The notes under the pieces: generated by a model
Databases searched by the model: none
The model's input: only the letters and a program-made list of their open reading frames with translations
What the model was told of the DNA's origin: nothing
In this document: positions 10,016 through 20,355 of the stretch, piece by piece
Layout: every line of letters starts with the position of its first letter
Numbering within the stretch: position 1 is the stretch's first letter
Assembly (NCBI GenBank): GCA_965214705.1
Contig: OZ243972.1
Coordinates: forward strand, 2,688,001-2,752,000
Source: Alphaproteobacteria bacterium
GTDB taxonomy: Bacteria > Pseudomonadota > Alphaproteobacteria > UBA828
Reading direction: 5' to 3'
DNA: 64,000 bases
Made by a program: the position numbers and the translations under genes

Positions 10016-10106
10016 CAATTAATGCCGAGCGAATCGGCAGGAAAACGGCAGAACTAAGCCGATCCCAGCGACCCGCTCGGCATTACAACCTTCTCGGCAT
10101 TATGCA
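10015..10106. repeat. RIT right inverted repeat (92 bp)
   Basis: Matches the left IR. Confidence 0.95.
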
Positions 10107-10390
10107 GATGCAGGCCGTGTAAGCAGCCCGCGCCTCGACGAAGCGGCCGGTGCCTCAAGGCATCGGCCGCTTTCTTCGTGTTTCACGACGGGCGTCATGA
10201 GCCTCGTCCGTCGCCGCCGCGCTTCGCGCTGGCGCCGCCCGCGCTCGAACCGGCGAGTGTTGTTCCCGCCGCGGCTTCGGCGTCGCAGCAGCGTGTTCGG
10301 CTGCGGTTCCGTCCCCGAAGACTTGCCTCCCTGCCGCGGTGCGCTGCTTCGGCCAGCGCCTCGACCGCGCGCGCTCCCGCCTGTGCCGGT

Positions 10391-11062
10391 GATGATGTCC
10401 GTGGCGACGGCGCATCCACGAGTGCCACCGCCACCGCAGTGAAGCAACTCGCCTGCACGAGATGAACTGCACGCATCATGCGAACCCTCGGCGTCAGCGC
10501 CGTCGCCGATGGCGACGAGCGCCTCGGCACCTCGCCGGACAACGGTGCCGCCGCGCCTGAACGGCTCGGCGTACGGCTCGCCGTCACCCAGCCCGACACT
10601 CGTGACGATCATGGCGATCGGCACGCTGCGCCGATCCTGATCGCCAGCCTCTGCATGTCTTCCCGGTTGCCGTTCGTCAGACCGTCGCCGGATCGTTGCG
10701 GTCGAGTGTCCACCCTCCGCGAAAGCCGACCCCCGGCCCAGCCGCATGCCGACGTCGCCGAGTGCTGCACCGGTGCGAATGTCGCTGCGAGCGCCCCCGC
10801 CGCCGAAGATGACGATGACCATGACGATGGCAACGGCGTAGCGCCAAGTGCGACCGCCACCGCCGTGATGAACTTCACCTTCGCGAGACGAACTGCGAGA
10901 CCCCTGTGCAGGCTCCCCGTCAGTGCCGTCGCCGATGGCGACGAGCGCCGTGACACCTTGCCCGACGGCGATGCAGCCGTGACTGCATGACCCGGCGTCA
11001 CCCAGTCCGACACCGTCGATGACAGGCGTGACGAGCTCGCTGCGCCGATTGCGATCGCAAGC
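10391..11062. repeat. Degenerate direct repeat, two ~250-bp copies offset by ~426 bp
   Basis: Shared core CGTCAGyGCCGTCGCCGATGGCGACGAGCGCC at 10492-10523 and 10918-10949 plus flanking similarity. Confidence 0.75.
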
Positions 11063-11689
11063 GTCTTCACCTCCTCCCGCTTGCCGTTCCACCCTCAACA
11101 TTTCCTCGTCGCGACTGCTTCCTATGCTTGCAACTCGAAGCCGCGCAACGACCTGCAACACCGCTCCGCCGGATGCGTCGCGAGCGCTGACGCGAAGGCA
11201 TCGATCGACCCGATCGTTTGTCCTGCAACGAGTTGGGGCCCTGACCGTTTCTATATCGAACTTGTGTCCCCCTCGACGCTTGCGCGCTTTGGTTCTCACA
11301 CCTGACTCACCGATGGTGCAGGGCTGCAACCTGTCGTACGCCTGCGTAGTCCCGCGTAGTTGCGCGTAGATGTGACCTGTTAATCTGGGCCAATCCTGCG
11401 GCCAAGAGTGCCTCCGACACCCTGGGAACGCGTCCCTTTTTCGGGTGACGATCACAACCAGTTGATATACAACCGTTAATTGTCGGCGATACCAATTTGC
11501 GCCGCACGGCTCTTCCGCCATTGGGCCGGGCGAATGTCCAGCGAGCTTCGCCGGATTGCGCGCGCCAATCGACGAGGGCGCGGCTATGATCGGCCCTGCA
11601 GGCCGTTCCGGCGGGCGGTCCTCTTCCAAATTCCGTTGGTATGTAGCGGCGGTACGGCCCCGACTTGCGACGACCGAGAGAGGACTTCC

Positions 11690-12031
11690 ATGGGCAAGCC
11701 ACGCTTACAACGCTCTATCCGGTTCGCCGAAGGCGAGTGGGATGCAGTCGTCCGGGCGGCCGAACAGCGAAACATGAAGCCCGCCGAGTTCGTCCGGGAA
11801 GCTGCGGCGCGGGTCGCGGCCCGCGAGATCGACCTGGACGACGGCCGGCTGACGCCCGAGTTGATCGAGCTTGTCAGGCGAACCTTCCGCGGCATGCACC
11901 TTCTCGCATACCTGAAACGCGAAGAGTTGGTCGCGCAGGGCAGGGAAGACGCCTTCAGGCGCGCTGCCGAGGCCGGCGAACTCGCGGAAGCGCAGACGTT
12001 CGGCCGCGAAGAATCCAACGACGAAGACTGA
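11690..12031 (+). CDS. Ribbon-helix-helix protein, MobC/TrwA-like relaxosome accessory candidate
   Basis: QRSIRF beta strand, EWDAVVRAA helix, PAEFVREAA helix; AGGA RBS. Confidence 0.65.
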   Translation: MGKPRLQRSIRFAEGEWDAVVRAAEQRNMKPAEFVREAAARVAAREIDLDDGRLTPELIELVRRTFRGMHLLAYLKREELVAQGREDAFRRAAEAGELAEAQTFGREESNDED

Positions 12032-12493
12032 CGACGCCTCCTATTCTCGTCGAAGCCGGCTGTCTTCAGCGCTTCACGAACGACCCCGGACCGTGGCCGG
12101 CGCAACGGCCTGGCGAGCTTTTCCGCCAGCCTGGGCAGCCAGCCAGGCATGCCCGCGATTGCCAACCCGTCCGCCCTCGGCGATAAGAAAGCTCACCCAC
12201 TGCCACCGTCCCTGCGCCTGAACGTCGATGCCGCTGCCCGACAAGTGCCCTCGATTCAGCTTCGCGAACGACCCTCGGCGCGCGAGCGATGGGCGATGGC
12301 GGCCCGCAGCGCCTGCCTTGCGCGTCGCCATGAGGCTCGTCCTGAAGGCCGATGCGCCGCGTATCAGCCTGCCATCTATTTCCGGCGGCCGCTTCTGTAA
12401 CGGCTCAGGCTCGCACTACGGCCGCCAGTCATACCGATCTGCCGCCTTCCGGAAGCACCTTCGACCGCCTGCACATCAATCGGCGTCCGTCTC

Positions 12494-13915
12494 GTGAGCC
12501 AATCGCAGAGCGCTTCGCGGGAGACGCTGACCCGCCAGCAGCGCAACATGGCGCTGACCGAGCCCATCGCCCGGCTGTCCCGCGACCGCCGGGTGATCTT
12601 CAAGGACGATCCGGCGCTCGCCGAGAGGCTCGACGTTCAATACCTGGCGCTGAGCGCGATCGACTTCGTGATGGAGCGCTCGGCGATTGAGGCCGGCGCT
12701 GCACCGGACGATATCGTCGAGCATGTCGCAGGCGAAGCGGTGCGCATGAAGCCGGCCCTGACCGAGAAGCAGGGCCGCAAAGCCGGACAGGTTGTCCTGG
12801 ACCACCTTTCCAATGCGCGCGAGGGCCACAAGACCTTCCGCGTGGAGTACTACGACGCGGACCGGGGCGGCTTTTCGTTCCAGGATTTCCGTCTTCTGGC
12901 GCTTTCGGCCGCCGACGACGGGTCTCCCCGTTACAAGCTCGCACGGGGCGCGCAGACGCTGACGCTCGCGATGCTCGACATCGCGCCGGAGTTTGCGCAG
13001 GAGGCCGAGGCGATCATGATCCGCAAGGCGGTGGAGCGGGGGCGCTTCGAGGACGCGCGCACGCTGGCGCGGCGCTCGCGCATGCGTTCGATCCACTACC
13101 GGCAGTTCATCGAGGACCGTCTGTTCCAGGTGCGCCGCGCCGCCGATCGCGTGAAGTGGAGCGAGGACGTGCTGCCGGAGCTGGACGAGGCGAGAACACA
13201 CCTGGGGGAGCGGCGCAAGCACGAGGCCGCGATCGTGGATTCGATCCGCGAGCACATCGCGCATGCGGAGGGCGACACGCGCGACCACCTTGTCGAGCTG
13301 AAGACGACGATCGACGACTGCCAGCAGCGCCACGCGGCGCTGTTCGAGCGGGTGATGACGGCATCGGAGGAGTTCCGGCGGCTGCAGGTGAGCGCGTTCC
13401 GCGCGCGCCTGGTGCGCGACGTTCCCGACCTGGAGGACCGCATTCTCGGTCCGCTTCTGGCCGCGCCGATGGGAACGGTGGCCGGCATGGGCGACGAGAT
13501 TGCCGCCGCCTTCGCCGCTCCGTCTCCGCCGCCGCTGCTCGATCTGGCGCTTCTGTTCGAGACCGTCACGCAGCCGAGGTTCCGGCGCGACCCCGCCGGC
13601 GCGGAAGAGGAGCTCGATCTGGTGGCGATCGAGCGGGTTCCGCCCGAGTTCGACGCCGAGGATATCCGCGAGGCGCAGGACTGGCTGGTGCGCACGATCG
13701 CGGCGCGCACGCGGCTGGACATGCGTTCGGCCGTCGGCTTCGCCGAGGACGAGGGCATGGCGGTGTCCAGGCTGCGCTGCGTGCTGTTCCTGATGCTGCG
13801 TTCGTGGTGCCCGGAGGACGATCCGCTGGGGGTGATCGCCTCCATCGACGGCGCGATTGCGCATGAGCGCGTGGCGGGCGACAACCTGGTGCTCAAGAGC
13901 GATACCGAACGATGA
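12494..13915 (+). CDS. jetA: Wadjet JetA-like (kleisin/MksF) subunit
   Basis: First gene of an overlapping 4-gene operon with SMC ATPase and Toprim nuclease; helical 473 aa; positional assignment. Confidence 0.7.
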   Translation: MSQSQSASRETLTRQQRNMALTEPIARLSRDRRVIFKDDPALAERLDVQYLALSAIDFVMERSAIEAGAAPDDIVEHVAGEAVRMKPALTEKQGRKAGQVVLDHLSNAREGHKTFRVEYYDADRGGFSFQDFRLLALSAADDGSPRYKLARGAQTLTLAMLDIAPEFAQEAEAIMIRKAVERGRFEDARTLARRSRMRSIHYRQFIEDRLFQVRRAADRVKWSEDVLPELDEARTHLGERRKHEAAIVDSIREHIAHAEGDTRDHLVELKTTIDDCQQRHAALFERVMTASEEFRRLQVSAFRARLVRDVPDLEDRILGPLLAAPMGTVAGMGDEIAAAFAAPSPPPLLDLALLFETVTQPRFRRDPAGAEEELDLVAIERVPPEFDAEDIREAQDWLVRTIAARTRLDMRSAVGFAEDEGMAVSRLRCVLFLMLRSWCPEDDPLGVIASIDGAIAHERVAGDNLVLKSDTER

Positions 13916-14664
13916 CCGGCCTGACCCATCTGAGCGAGACCCAGAAGGCGGTCCTTCTCCTCAACAAGGGCCTCGCGCCGAGGGCGTCGGCGTTGCGGGG
14001 CGATACCGATTACCGCCAGCTGCTGGCGCACTGGCGTGCCGATCCCGAGTTCCGGACCCTGGTACACGAGCTCGCGCCCATGCTCGGCCTCCGGGTGGTC
14101 GACGCACTGGAGCACGCGATCGTGCTCGCGCCGCAGGGTCCGGAGAGCGCGTTCGCTGCGACGCTGACGGATCTGCGCAAGGATCTTGGTGAGATGCCGC
14201 GCGGCGCGCTCGCGCTCATCCACGTGGCGATCGCGGCGACCTTCTTTCCGACTGCGGCGGTGCTGACGGGAATGCAGGAGGATCGAGCGGAGGTATCGGC
14301 GACCCCGGCGCGGATCGCGTCATTGTTGCGCGAGCACTGCCGGCGTCTGGAAGAAGAGTCGGGCAGCGATCCCGAGCTGGAGGAAGCAGGTTTGGTGGAT
14401 GCCTGGCGCGAGCTCGCGCGCCTGCCGGAGACCAGGCCCGACGGCAGCCAGCGCGCAGGCCTGGGCTCGCTCGCCGGCATGGTCAAGCTGGTGCTCAACC
14501 AGCTTCACGAGCACGGGATGGTGCAGACCCTGGAGACGGCGGACGGCGAGACCTACATGGCGACGCCGCGCTACCGGCTGCAGGTGCGCGAGCTCGCGGC
14601 GCACGAGCTGTTCGAGCGCTGCGCCTCGGTCCTGCCGGGCTTTCTGGACGGCGGGAACCGTTGA
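13912..14664 (+). CDS. jetB: Wadjet JetB-like (kite/MksE) subunit
   Basis: 250 aa, winged-helix-like C-terminus (LHEHGMV...YMATPRY), position in operon. Confidence 0.7.
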   Translation: MTGLTHLSETQKAVLLLNKGLAPRASALRGDTDYRQLLAHWRADPEFRTLVHELAPMLGLRVVDALEHAIVLAPQGPESAFAATLTDLRKDLGEMPRGALALIHVAIAATFFPTAAVLTGMQEDRAEVSATPARIASLLREHCRRLEEESGSDPELEEAGLVDAWRELARLPETRPDGSQRAGLGSLAGMVKLVLNQLHEHGMVQTLETADGETYMATPRYRLQVRELAAHELFERCASVLPGFLDGGNR

Positions 14665-17600
14665 ATGCGGTGCATCACGCGCATCCACCTCTCCGACTGC
14701 GGCTGGCACGAGGCGTACTATCCGGGCACGACCGTCCATCTTGCCGATCCGCGCACGGGCAAGCCCGTGCACACGGTGTTCAGCCTGGAGAACACAGGCG
14801 GCAAGACGTCCTTCCTGTCCCTGGTGCTGAGCTGCTTCGACACCAGCGAGCGGCGCTTCCTGAAGACGCTGATCCGTTCGAACCAGAAGTTCGGGGACTA
14901 TTTCGGGGAGGTGCCGGCGTTCATCCTGGTGGAATGGGACCTCTCCGGCGGGCAGGCGGGCCTGCTGGAGACGGAGCGCCTGGTCACGGGTCAGGTGGTG
15001 GTGCCGCGGGGCGAGGGCCGCCAGCGCGAGCTGGAGCGCCGCTTCTTCACGTTCCGGAGCGCGCCGGGCCTCTCTTTCGACGCCATCCCCGCGCCGGGGC
15101 TCGAAGGGTTCGAGGAGCACGGCCGCCTGAGGGGGCATCAGGACGTGCAGCGCTGGCTGCACGAGATGCGCGCGGGTCATCCCGGCAACTTCCAGGATTT
15201 TTCGAAGCAGTCGGACTGGAAGCGGAAGCTCGCCGAAGAGAAGATCGACACGGAGCTTCTGGCGGCGCAGGTCGAGTTCAACCGCAGCGAAGGCGGCATC
15301 GAGGATTTCCTGGATTTCCGGAGCGAGGCGCAGTTCCTGCGGAAGTTCCTGGCGATGACGGTGCCGGACGGGGAGGCGGGTGCTGTGCGGGGTCTGCTTG
15401 CCGAGCACGTGGCGAAGCTCTCGGACCTGCCGCGCCTGCAGCGGCGGCGGGACGCGATGCGCCGTCTGCAGGAAAAATTCGCGCCGTTCGTGGACATCGC
15501 CGCCGGGGCGCACGCCGCGCAGGAGGAGGTCTCGCGGCGCAGCAGCGATGCGTCCTCCCTCAAGGCGGCGCTGGACGAACACGCGGATAGGGCCCGTCGG
15601 CTTGCAGAAGAGCGCGCCGGGGCTGCGGAAGAGCACGAGACAGCCGCCGGCGAAGCCGAGGCGGCATGCGGGAGCGCGAGAATCGAGCTCGCCTCCGCCG
15701 CCGTCGAGACGGCGCGGCGGAGGCACGAGGCCGCCGAAGCGGCCGCCGTTGCCCGCGAGGAGGAGCGCGGACAGGCGCTCGGGCACAGCCGTCTTCTCCA
15801 AGGCGCCGTGTCGATGCGCGGCATTCTCGACGACCGGGACCGGAGCAGGGCGCTGCAGGAGGCGATCGACGCGGAGCATGCCGACCTGCAACCGCGCCGG
15901 GATGCGCTTTGCGCGATCGGCGCGGATCTCGTTTCCACCCTCAATGGGCGCGCCGGGACGTTGCGCGAGCGCCAGCGCGCCCTGTCGGCCGAAGCCCGAG
16001 AGCTGAAGGGGGCGGCGCGCGCGGCCGACGCCGAGCGGGCGGCGGCATCTGAGACCGCGCAGATGGAACACCGGGAGGCGGCGCAGATCGACGTCGACCT
16101 GGGTCATGCGCGCGAATTCCGCGCCAAGCTCGAGGAAGAGCAAGTACTCGAGCCCGGCGAGGGCGCCGATGCGGCGGCGCGGCGCCACGCGGAGGCTGCA
16201 CGGGCTGCGGAAGAAGAGGCAGCCGCGTTTCGCCGTCGGGCCGAGGAGGCGGACCTCACCGCCGCGCGGCGCCGGGAGCGCCAGGGCGACCTCAAGGCCG
16301 AGGGCTCGGTTCTGGAGACCGAGGCGGCGCGGTTGCGGGAAGCCGCCCGCGAAGGCGAGGAGCGGCGCCGGGGCCTGGCCTTCGATCCGACCCTGCTCGA
16401 GCTCGGCGGCGAGAACGAGGTCGACCCGGACGCTGACGCCGCCGGTAGGATGCTGGCGGACGCCAGGAGCGGGTGCACGGCCAGATTGCGCAATGACGAG
16501 CGGCGGCAGGAGGTTCTTCAGGCCGACCGCGAGTCTCTCGAAGCGACCGGCCTCGCGTCTATCGACGCGGACGTGCGCACCGTCGCCGGGCGGCTCCGCG
16601 ACTCCGGCATCGCCGACGCCCAGCCCTATGCCGTCTACCTCTCCGACATCCTGCGTTCGCCGGGAGAGCTCCGCCGCTTCGCCGAGCTTGACCCGGCCCG
16701 CTTCGCCGGTGTCGCCGTTCCCAACCGGAATGCACTCGATGCGGCGCGCCGGATGCTGGAGTCCGTCCCTCCGCTGAGCCGGCCGGTGACCGTCGCGGTC
16801 GCAGGCGACTCGCCGGGAGAGGAGGCGCATGACCGCTTCGTGCTCCCCGTGGACGAGCCGGCCGCCTACGACCGGGCGGCCGCCCGCGACCTGCACCGCC
16901 GGATCGAGAACGATCTGGCCGGCGTGGCGTCGTCGATCGACGCGCAGCAGACGCGGATCGAGCACCTGGAGGCCGTCTTGCAGGAGATCCGGGCGTGGCG
17001 GGAACGCTTCGGCGACGGCCGGCTCGACGGGATGCGGCGGGACATCGAGCGCAAGGACACGCGGATCGCAGAGATCGCAGGCGAGATTGACGCGCTGTCC
17101 GGCCGGATCGAGGCCGCCGAGCGGGACGCCCGGGACTGCCGCAGCAGGGCGGGCGAATGCGATCGCCAGGCCCATGCGTCCGCCGAGCGCGCGCGCCGTG
17201 CCGCCGAACACCACGCGCAATGGGGCTCGCGGGTCGACGGCTGGCGCAAGGCACACCTCGCTCACCGGCAGCGGGCGGCTTCTGCCGAACGCCTCGCCCA
17301 CGAGAAGGAGGCGGAGCGGGATGGTCATACCAGGGAGGCTCGTGCCCGCGAGGACGAGGCGGCAAACGCCGCAAGCATGGCCTCGGACGTGGAGCGCGAG
17401 GCGGGCGGCGTCGCCTACTCGGGACCCGGCGGAAGGGCGGACGGCAATCTCGACACGTTGCGCGGCGCGTACGATCGCGAGCTCGAGGCGCTGACGGCCC
17501 TGGAGCAGGAGCGGGTGGGCGAGTTGCGCGGCCAGCGCCTGGAGATCGAGCGCGCCCTGGCCGAAAAGGAGGACCGCTTCGCGGAGGCGTTCGGCGATCT

Positions 17601-19032
17601 GGAACGCGCCGTGGTCGAGACCGAGGCGGCGCGCGACGGCCTGCGGGAGGCTGCCGCCGGCGCGGTGGCAGCGCTCGAAACGGCGCGCGAGGCTGCATCG
17701 GCCGCCCGTGCGGAGGCGGACTCCGCGGAGAGGGACTACCGCACGGAGAAGGAGAGGCGCACACGGGAGATCCGCCCCGAGCCGCTGACCGACCTGCGTT
17801 CGCTCGCTCCGGAGGCGCTTGCCGGCGTTGAACCACGGGCGGAGTTGGCCATCGTCGAGCAGGAAGCCGTCGCCTCGCGCGAGGCGGATGCCGCGCGGCG
17901 GGCGCGCGAAAAGGCAGCTGGACACGGGCGGACGGCCGCGTCGTGCGCAGACTGGGCCGCCACCCTCGCCGGCGTCCTGGGCGCCGACAGCGCTCCGGCG
18001 GAAAGGATGGAGCTCCCGCGCGAGGACGAGGTGGCCGCGCTGGTCAGCGACACCGTCGCCGCGCTCGGACGGGCTCGCGACGACCTTGGCGAGGCGCACA
18101 AGGCCGTCTACGAGAGCTACGACGACATCCGCAGGTTCACCAGCTCTGACGCCTTCAGGGAGCTCGAGAGCGAGCGGGAGGTCGCCGCGCACCTCGGCGC
18201 CAACGATCCGCTGGCCGCAGCGGAGAACGCGGAGAGGACGGCGGGCCTGATCGACGACCGCCTGAAGACCATCGAGCACGACCTCTCGCGCCTCGACGAA
18301 GACCTCGAGGCCTGCGTGGCGGAGCTGGAACGTCTGCTTCGGACTGCCCTGCACATCCTGCGCCGCATGGTCCGCGACGGGCGCATCCCGGACCACGTGC
18401 CCCGCTTCGGGGGGCAGCCGGTGTTCCGCATGAGCGCCGACCTCTCCCGGGTCGCCGCCGACCAGCGCAGGGAGATCCTCCGCAGCTACGTCACCGACCT
18501 GGCGGAGGCCGACCGGATCCCGGAGACGGGCCAGGACATCACCTCCGAGCTGGTCGAGCGCATGACCGCGGCGCTGGGCAGGGACTCCCTCGGCATCCGG
18601 CTGCTGAAACCCAAGGGCGAGGGCGACACCGAGCACATGCCGATCGACCGGGTGAGCGTCTCGGGCGGCGAGTTGCTGACGGCCGCCATGATGATCTACC
18701 TGGTGCTGGCGCGGCTGCGCGCGGAGGCGATGCACGTCGGCGCGGGCGAGGGCGGCATCCTCATCATGGACAACCCTTTGGGAAAGGCGAACAAGGCCCT
18801 GCTGCTGAAGACCCAGATCGGTCTCGCAGACGCCATGGGGATTCAGCTCTTCTACACGACGGGAGTGCAAGACACGAACGCGCTGGCCGAGTTCGAGAAC
18901 ATCGTGCGGCTGCGGCGCATCGGCCAGTCGCGCGGCTCGCGCCGCATCCATGTGGAAGTCGAGGCCATGCGCGCCCATATCGACAGGCGGGTGGTCGAAG
19001 ACACCGCAAGGCCGGCCGTGGCCGCCGAGTAG
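14665..19032 (+). CDS. jetC: Wadjet JetC SMC-family ATPase
   Basis: Walker A ENTGGKT, long coiled coils, signature VSGGE, Walker B LIMDNP. Confidence 0.88.
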   Translation: MRCITRIHLSDCGWHEAYYPGTTVHLADPRTGKPVHTVFSLENTGGKTSFLSLVLSCFDTSERRFLKTLIRSNQKFGDYFGEVPAFILVEWDLSGGQAGLLETERLVTGQVVVPRGEGRQRELERRFFTFRSAPGLSFDAIPAPGLEGFEEHGRLRGHQDVQRWLHEMRAGHPGNFQDFSKQSDWKRKLAEEKIDTELLAAQVEFNRSEGGIEDFLDFRSEAQFLRKFLAMTVPDGEAGAVRGLLAEHVAKLSDLPRLQRRRDAMRRLQEKFAPFVDIAAGAHAAQEEVSRRSSDASSLKAALDEHADRARRLAEERAGAAEEHETAAGEAEAACGSARIELASAAVETARRRHEAAEAAAVAREEERGQALGHSRLLQGAVSMRGILDDRDRSRALQEAIDAEHADLQPRRDALCAIGADLVSTLNGRAGTLRERQRALSAEARELKGAARAADAERAAASETAQMEHREAAQIDVDLGHAREFRAKLEEEQVLEPGEGADAAARRHAEAARAAEEEAAAFRRRAEEADLTAARRRERQGDLKAEGSVLETEAARLREAAREGEERRRGLAFDPTLLELGGENEVDPDADAAGRMLADARSGCTARLRNDERRQEVLQADRESLEATGLASIDADVRTVAGRLRDSGIADAQPYAVYLSDILRSPGELRRFAELDPARFAGVAVPNRNALDAARRMLESVPPLSRPVTVAVAGDSPGEEAHDRFVLPVDEPAAYDRAAARDLHRRIENDLAGVASSIDAQQTRIEHLEAVLQEIRAWRERFGDGRLDGMRRDIERKDTRIAEIAGEIDALSGRIEAAERDARDCRSRAGECDRQAHASAERARRAAEHHAQWGSRVDGWRKAHLAHRQRAASAERLAHEKEAERDGHTREARAREDEAANAASMASDVEREAGGVAYSGPGGRADGNLDTLRGAYDRELEALTALEQERVGELRGQRLEIERALAEKEDRFAEAFGDLERAVVETEAARDGLREAAAGAVAALETAREAASAARAEADSAERDYRTEKERRTREIRPEPLTDLRSLAPEALAGVEPRAELAIVEQEAVASREADAARRAREKAAGHGRTAASCADWAATLAGVLGADSAPAERMELPREDEVAALVSDTVAALGRARDDLGEAHKAVYESYDDIRRFTSSDAFRELESEREVAAHLGANDPLAAAENAERTAGLIDDRLKTIEHDLSRLDEDLEACVAELERLLRTALHILRRMVRDGRIPDHVPRFGGQPVFRMSADLSRVAADQRREILRSYVTDLAEADRIPETGQDITSELVERMTAALGRDSLGIRLLKPKGEGDTEHMPIDRVSVSGGELLTAAMMIYLVLARLRAEAMHVGAGEGGILIMDNPLGKANKALLLKTQIGLADAMGIQLFYTTGVQDTNALAEFENIVRLRRIGQSRGSRRIHVEVEAMRAHIDRRVVEDTARPAVAAE

Positions 19033-19033
19033 C

Positions 19034-20068
19034 ATGGGCTCGTTCGGGGAGGAACTGCGCGCGCTGGGCAAGCGGCGCATCCGCCTGCCCGAGCTGCGTA
19101 CCGCCTGGCTCCGCGCCCACCCCGAAGCCCGCGACCAGCCGGAGCAGAGGTGCCTGCTCCTCGACGCCCTGCGGGGCCTTGAGAGCGAGGGACTCGTCGA
19201 CCTTCCGAAACGGGGATGGGATACCTCGGGCTCGCCCGCGCTTCCGCGCACCGCCAGCCTCCGGCATGCGGCGCAGAACCGGTACACCCGGACACCTCAA
19301 TCCTGGCTTCCTGCCCTGGCCTTCGCCGCGGGCGAGCGCCACCCCGTGCGGCGTGCCGACCTACAGGCCGTCAACGCGTACCTTCTTTCCGTGCGCGGCA
19401 GGGAGCCCGTGCCGGCGCCGACGAGGGAACGCTCGCTGCAGATATTCGGGGACGAAAAGCGGCTCGACGACCTGCGCAAGGGCGATCCGGCCCTGTTCGA
19501 GGGCCGCGTCACGCTGGCCGATCTCCACTGCTATCCCGTCGCCCCGCCGCTGCCGCACGAAACGCCCCTGAAGCTTGAACCGGGTCGGCCGATCCTGGTG
19601 CTGGAGAACTATCACTCCTGGGACAGCTTCCGCCGATGGAACCGCGACGCTGCGCTCTACGCCGCGATCGCCTACGGCGGCGGCAACGCCTTCCGGCAAG
19701 GCGCCGGCAACCTGGACGATCTGGTGGAGAGTACGCTGGCGAAGGGCGCCATGTACCTCGGCGATCTCGATCCCGCCGGCGTCCGGATACTGATCGGGGT
19801 CAACCGGCGGCGGCAGTCGGAGGGGCGGGCGGTTCTGAACCCGCATCGCGGCCTCTATCGCTGGCTTCTCGCGCACGGCCGCCGGTGTCCCCTGGAGCGG
19901 ACAGCGGAGAATGCGGAGGTCGACGGTCTGGTCGACGTGTTTCCCGCCGACCTCGCGAGGGCGCTGGTGGGGCTCTGGTCTGCAGGGCAGCGCATTCCGC
20001 AGGAGAGCTTTGGCATGGCGCAACTCTCGGGAGTCGAATCCGAATTCGCCGCGCCTGATGCCGGCTGA
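19034..20068 (+). CDS. jetD: Wadjet JetD Toprim (Topo VI-like) nuclease
   Basis: RERSLQIFGDEK, LVLEN, YGGG, YLGDLDPAG, IPQE. Confidence 0.85.
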   Translation: MGSFGEELRALGKRRIRLPELRTAWLRAHPEARDQPEQRCLLLDALRGLESEGLVDLPKRGWDTSGSPALPRTASLRHAAQNRYTRTPQSWLPALAFAAGERHPVRRADLQAVNAYLLSVRGREPVPAPTRERSLQIFGDEKRLDDLRKGDPALFEGRVTLADLHCYPVAPPLPHETPLKLEPGRPILVLENYHSWDSFRRWNRDAALYAAIAYGGGNAFRQGAGNLDDLVESTLAKGAMYLGDLDPAGVRILIGVNRRRQSEGRAVLNPHRGLYRWLLAHGRRCPLERTAENAEVDGLVDVFPADLARALVGLWSAGQRIPQESFGMAQLSGVESEFAAPDAG

Positions 20069-20096
20069 CGCGTGGGGCGGAATGTTGCGGTGGGGA

Positions 20097-20126
20097 CATT
20101 CCCGCCGATGAATGCGTGGGGTGTGA
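20097..20126 (+). other. MOBF-type oriT nic-like site 1
   Basis: CATTC-N8-GAATG hairpin running into TGCGTGGGGTGTG, matching the F nic core as I recall it. Confidence 0.65.
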
Positions 20127-20355
20127 GACCTAAACGCCGCAGGGCGTAGAGAATCGCACTTCCTCCGTGCATCCGCGAGGCGCTGAAAGCCCCGTAGACA
20201 CAACGGCTTGCAGCCCGCGCGGCGTTTGAGCGCGGCACTTCCGACCCTTCCCATCTTCGGACCCGCCGCCGTTACCCGGCGTGTCCTGGGTGTTCCCCAA
20301 CGGGGACGCCCGCGACGCGCCGGTCGCGACCGAAACGAACGGGAGGGATCGGAAC

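Larger units (their letters stand above)
6368..10106 (+). mobile_element. RIT (recombinase-in-trio) element
   Basis: Three overlapping tyrosine recombinase genes between 92-bp terminal inverted repeats. Confidence 0.92.

Noticed and set aside
10100-11629. 509-aa minus-strand ORF as a gene
   Set aside because: Gly/Arg-rich, no recognisable domain, runs into the RIT end; kept only as a repeat observation
14320-19287. 1655-aa minus-strand ORF and other long antisense ORFs (e.g. 27064-29274, 57741-59795)
   Set aside because: Shadows of real genes in high-GC DNA; no motifs
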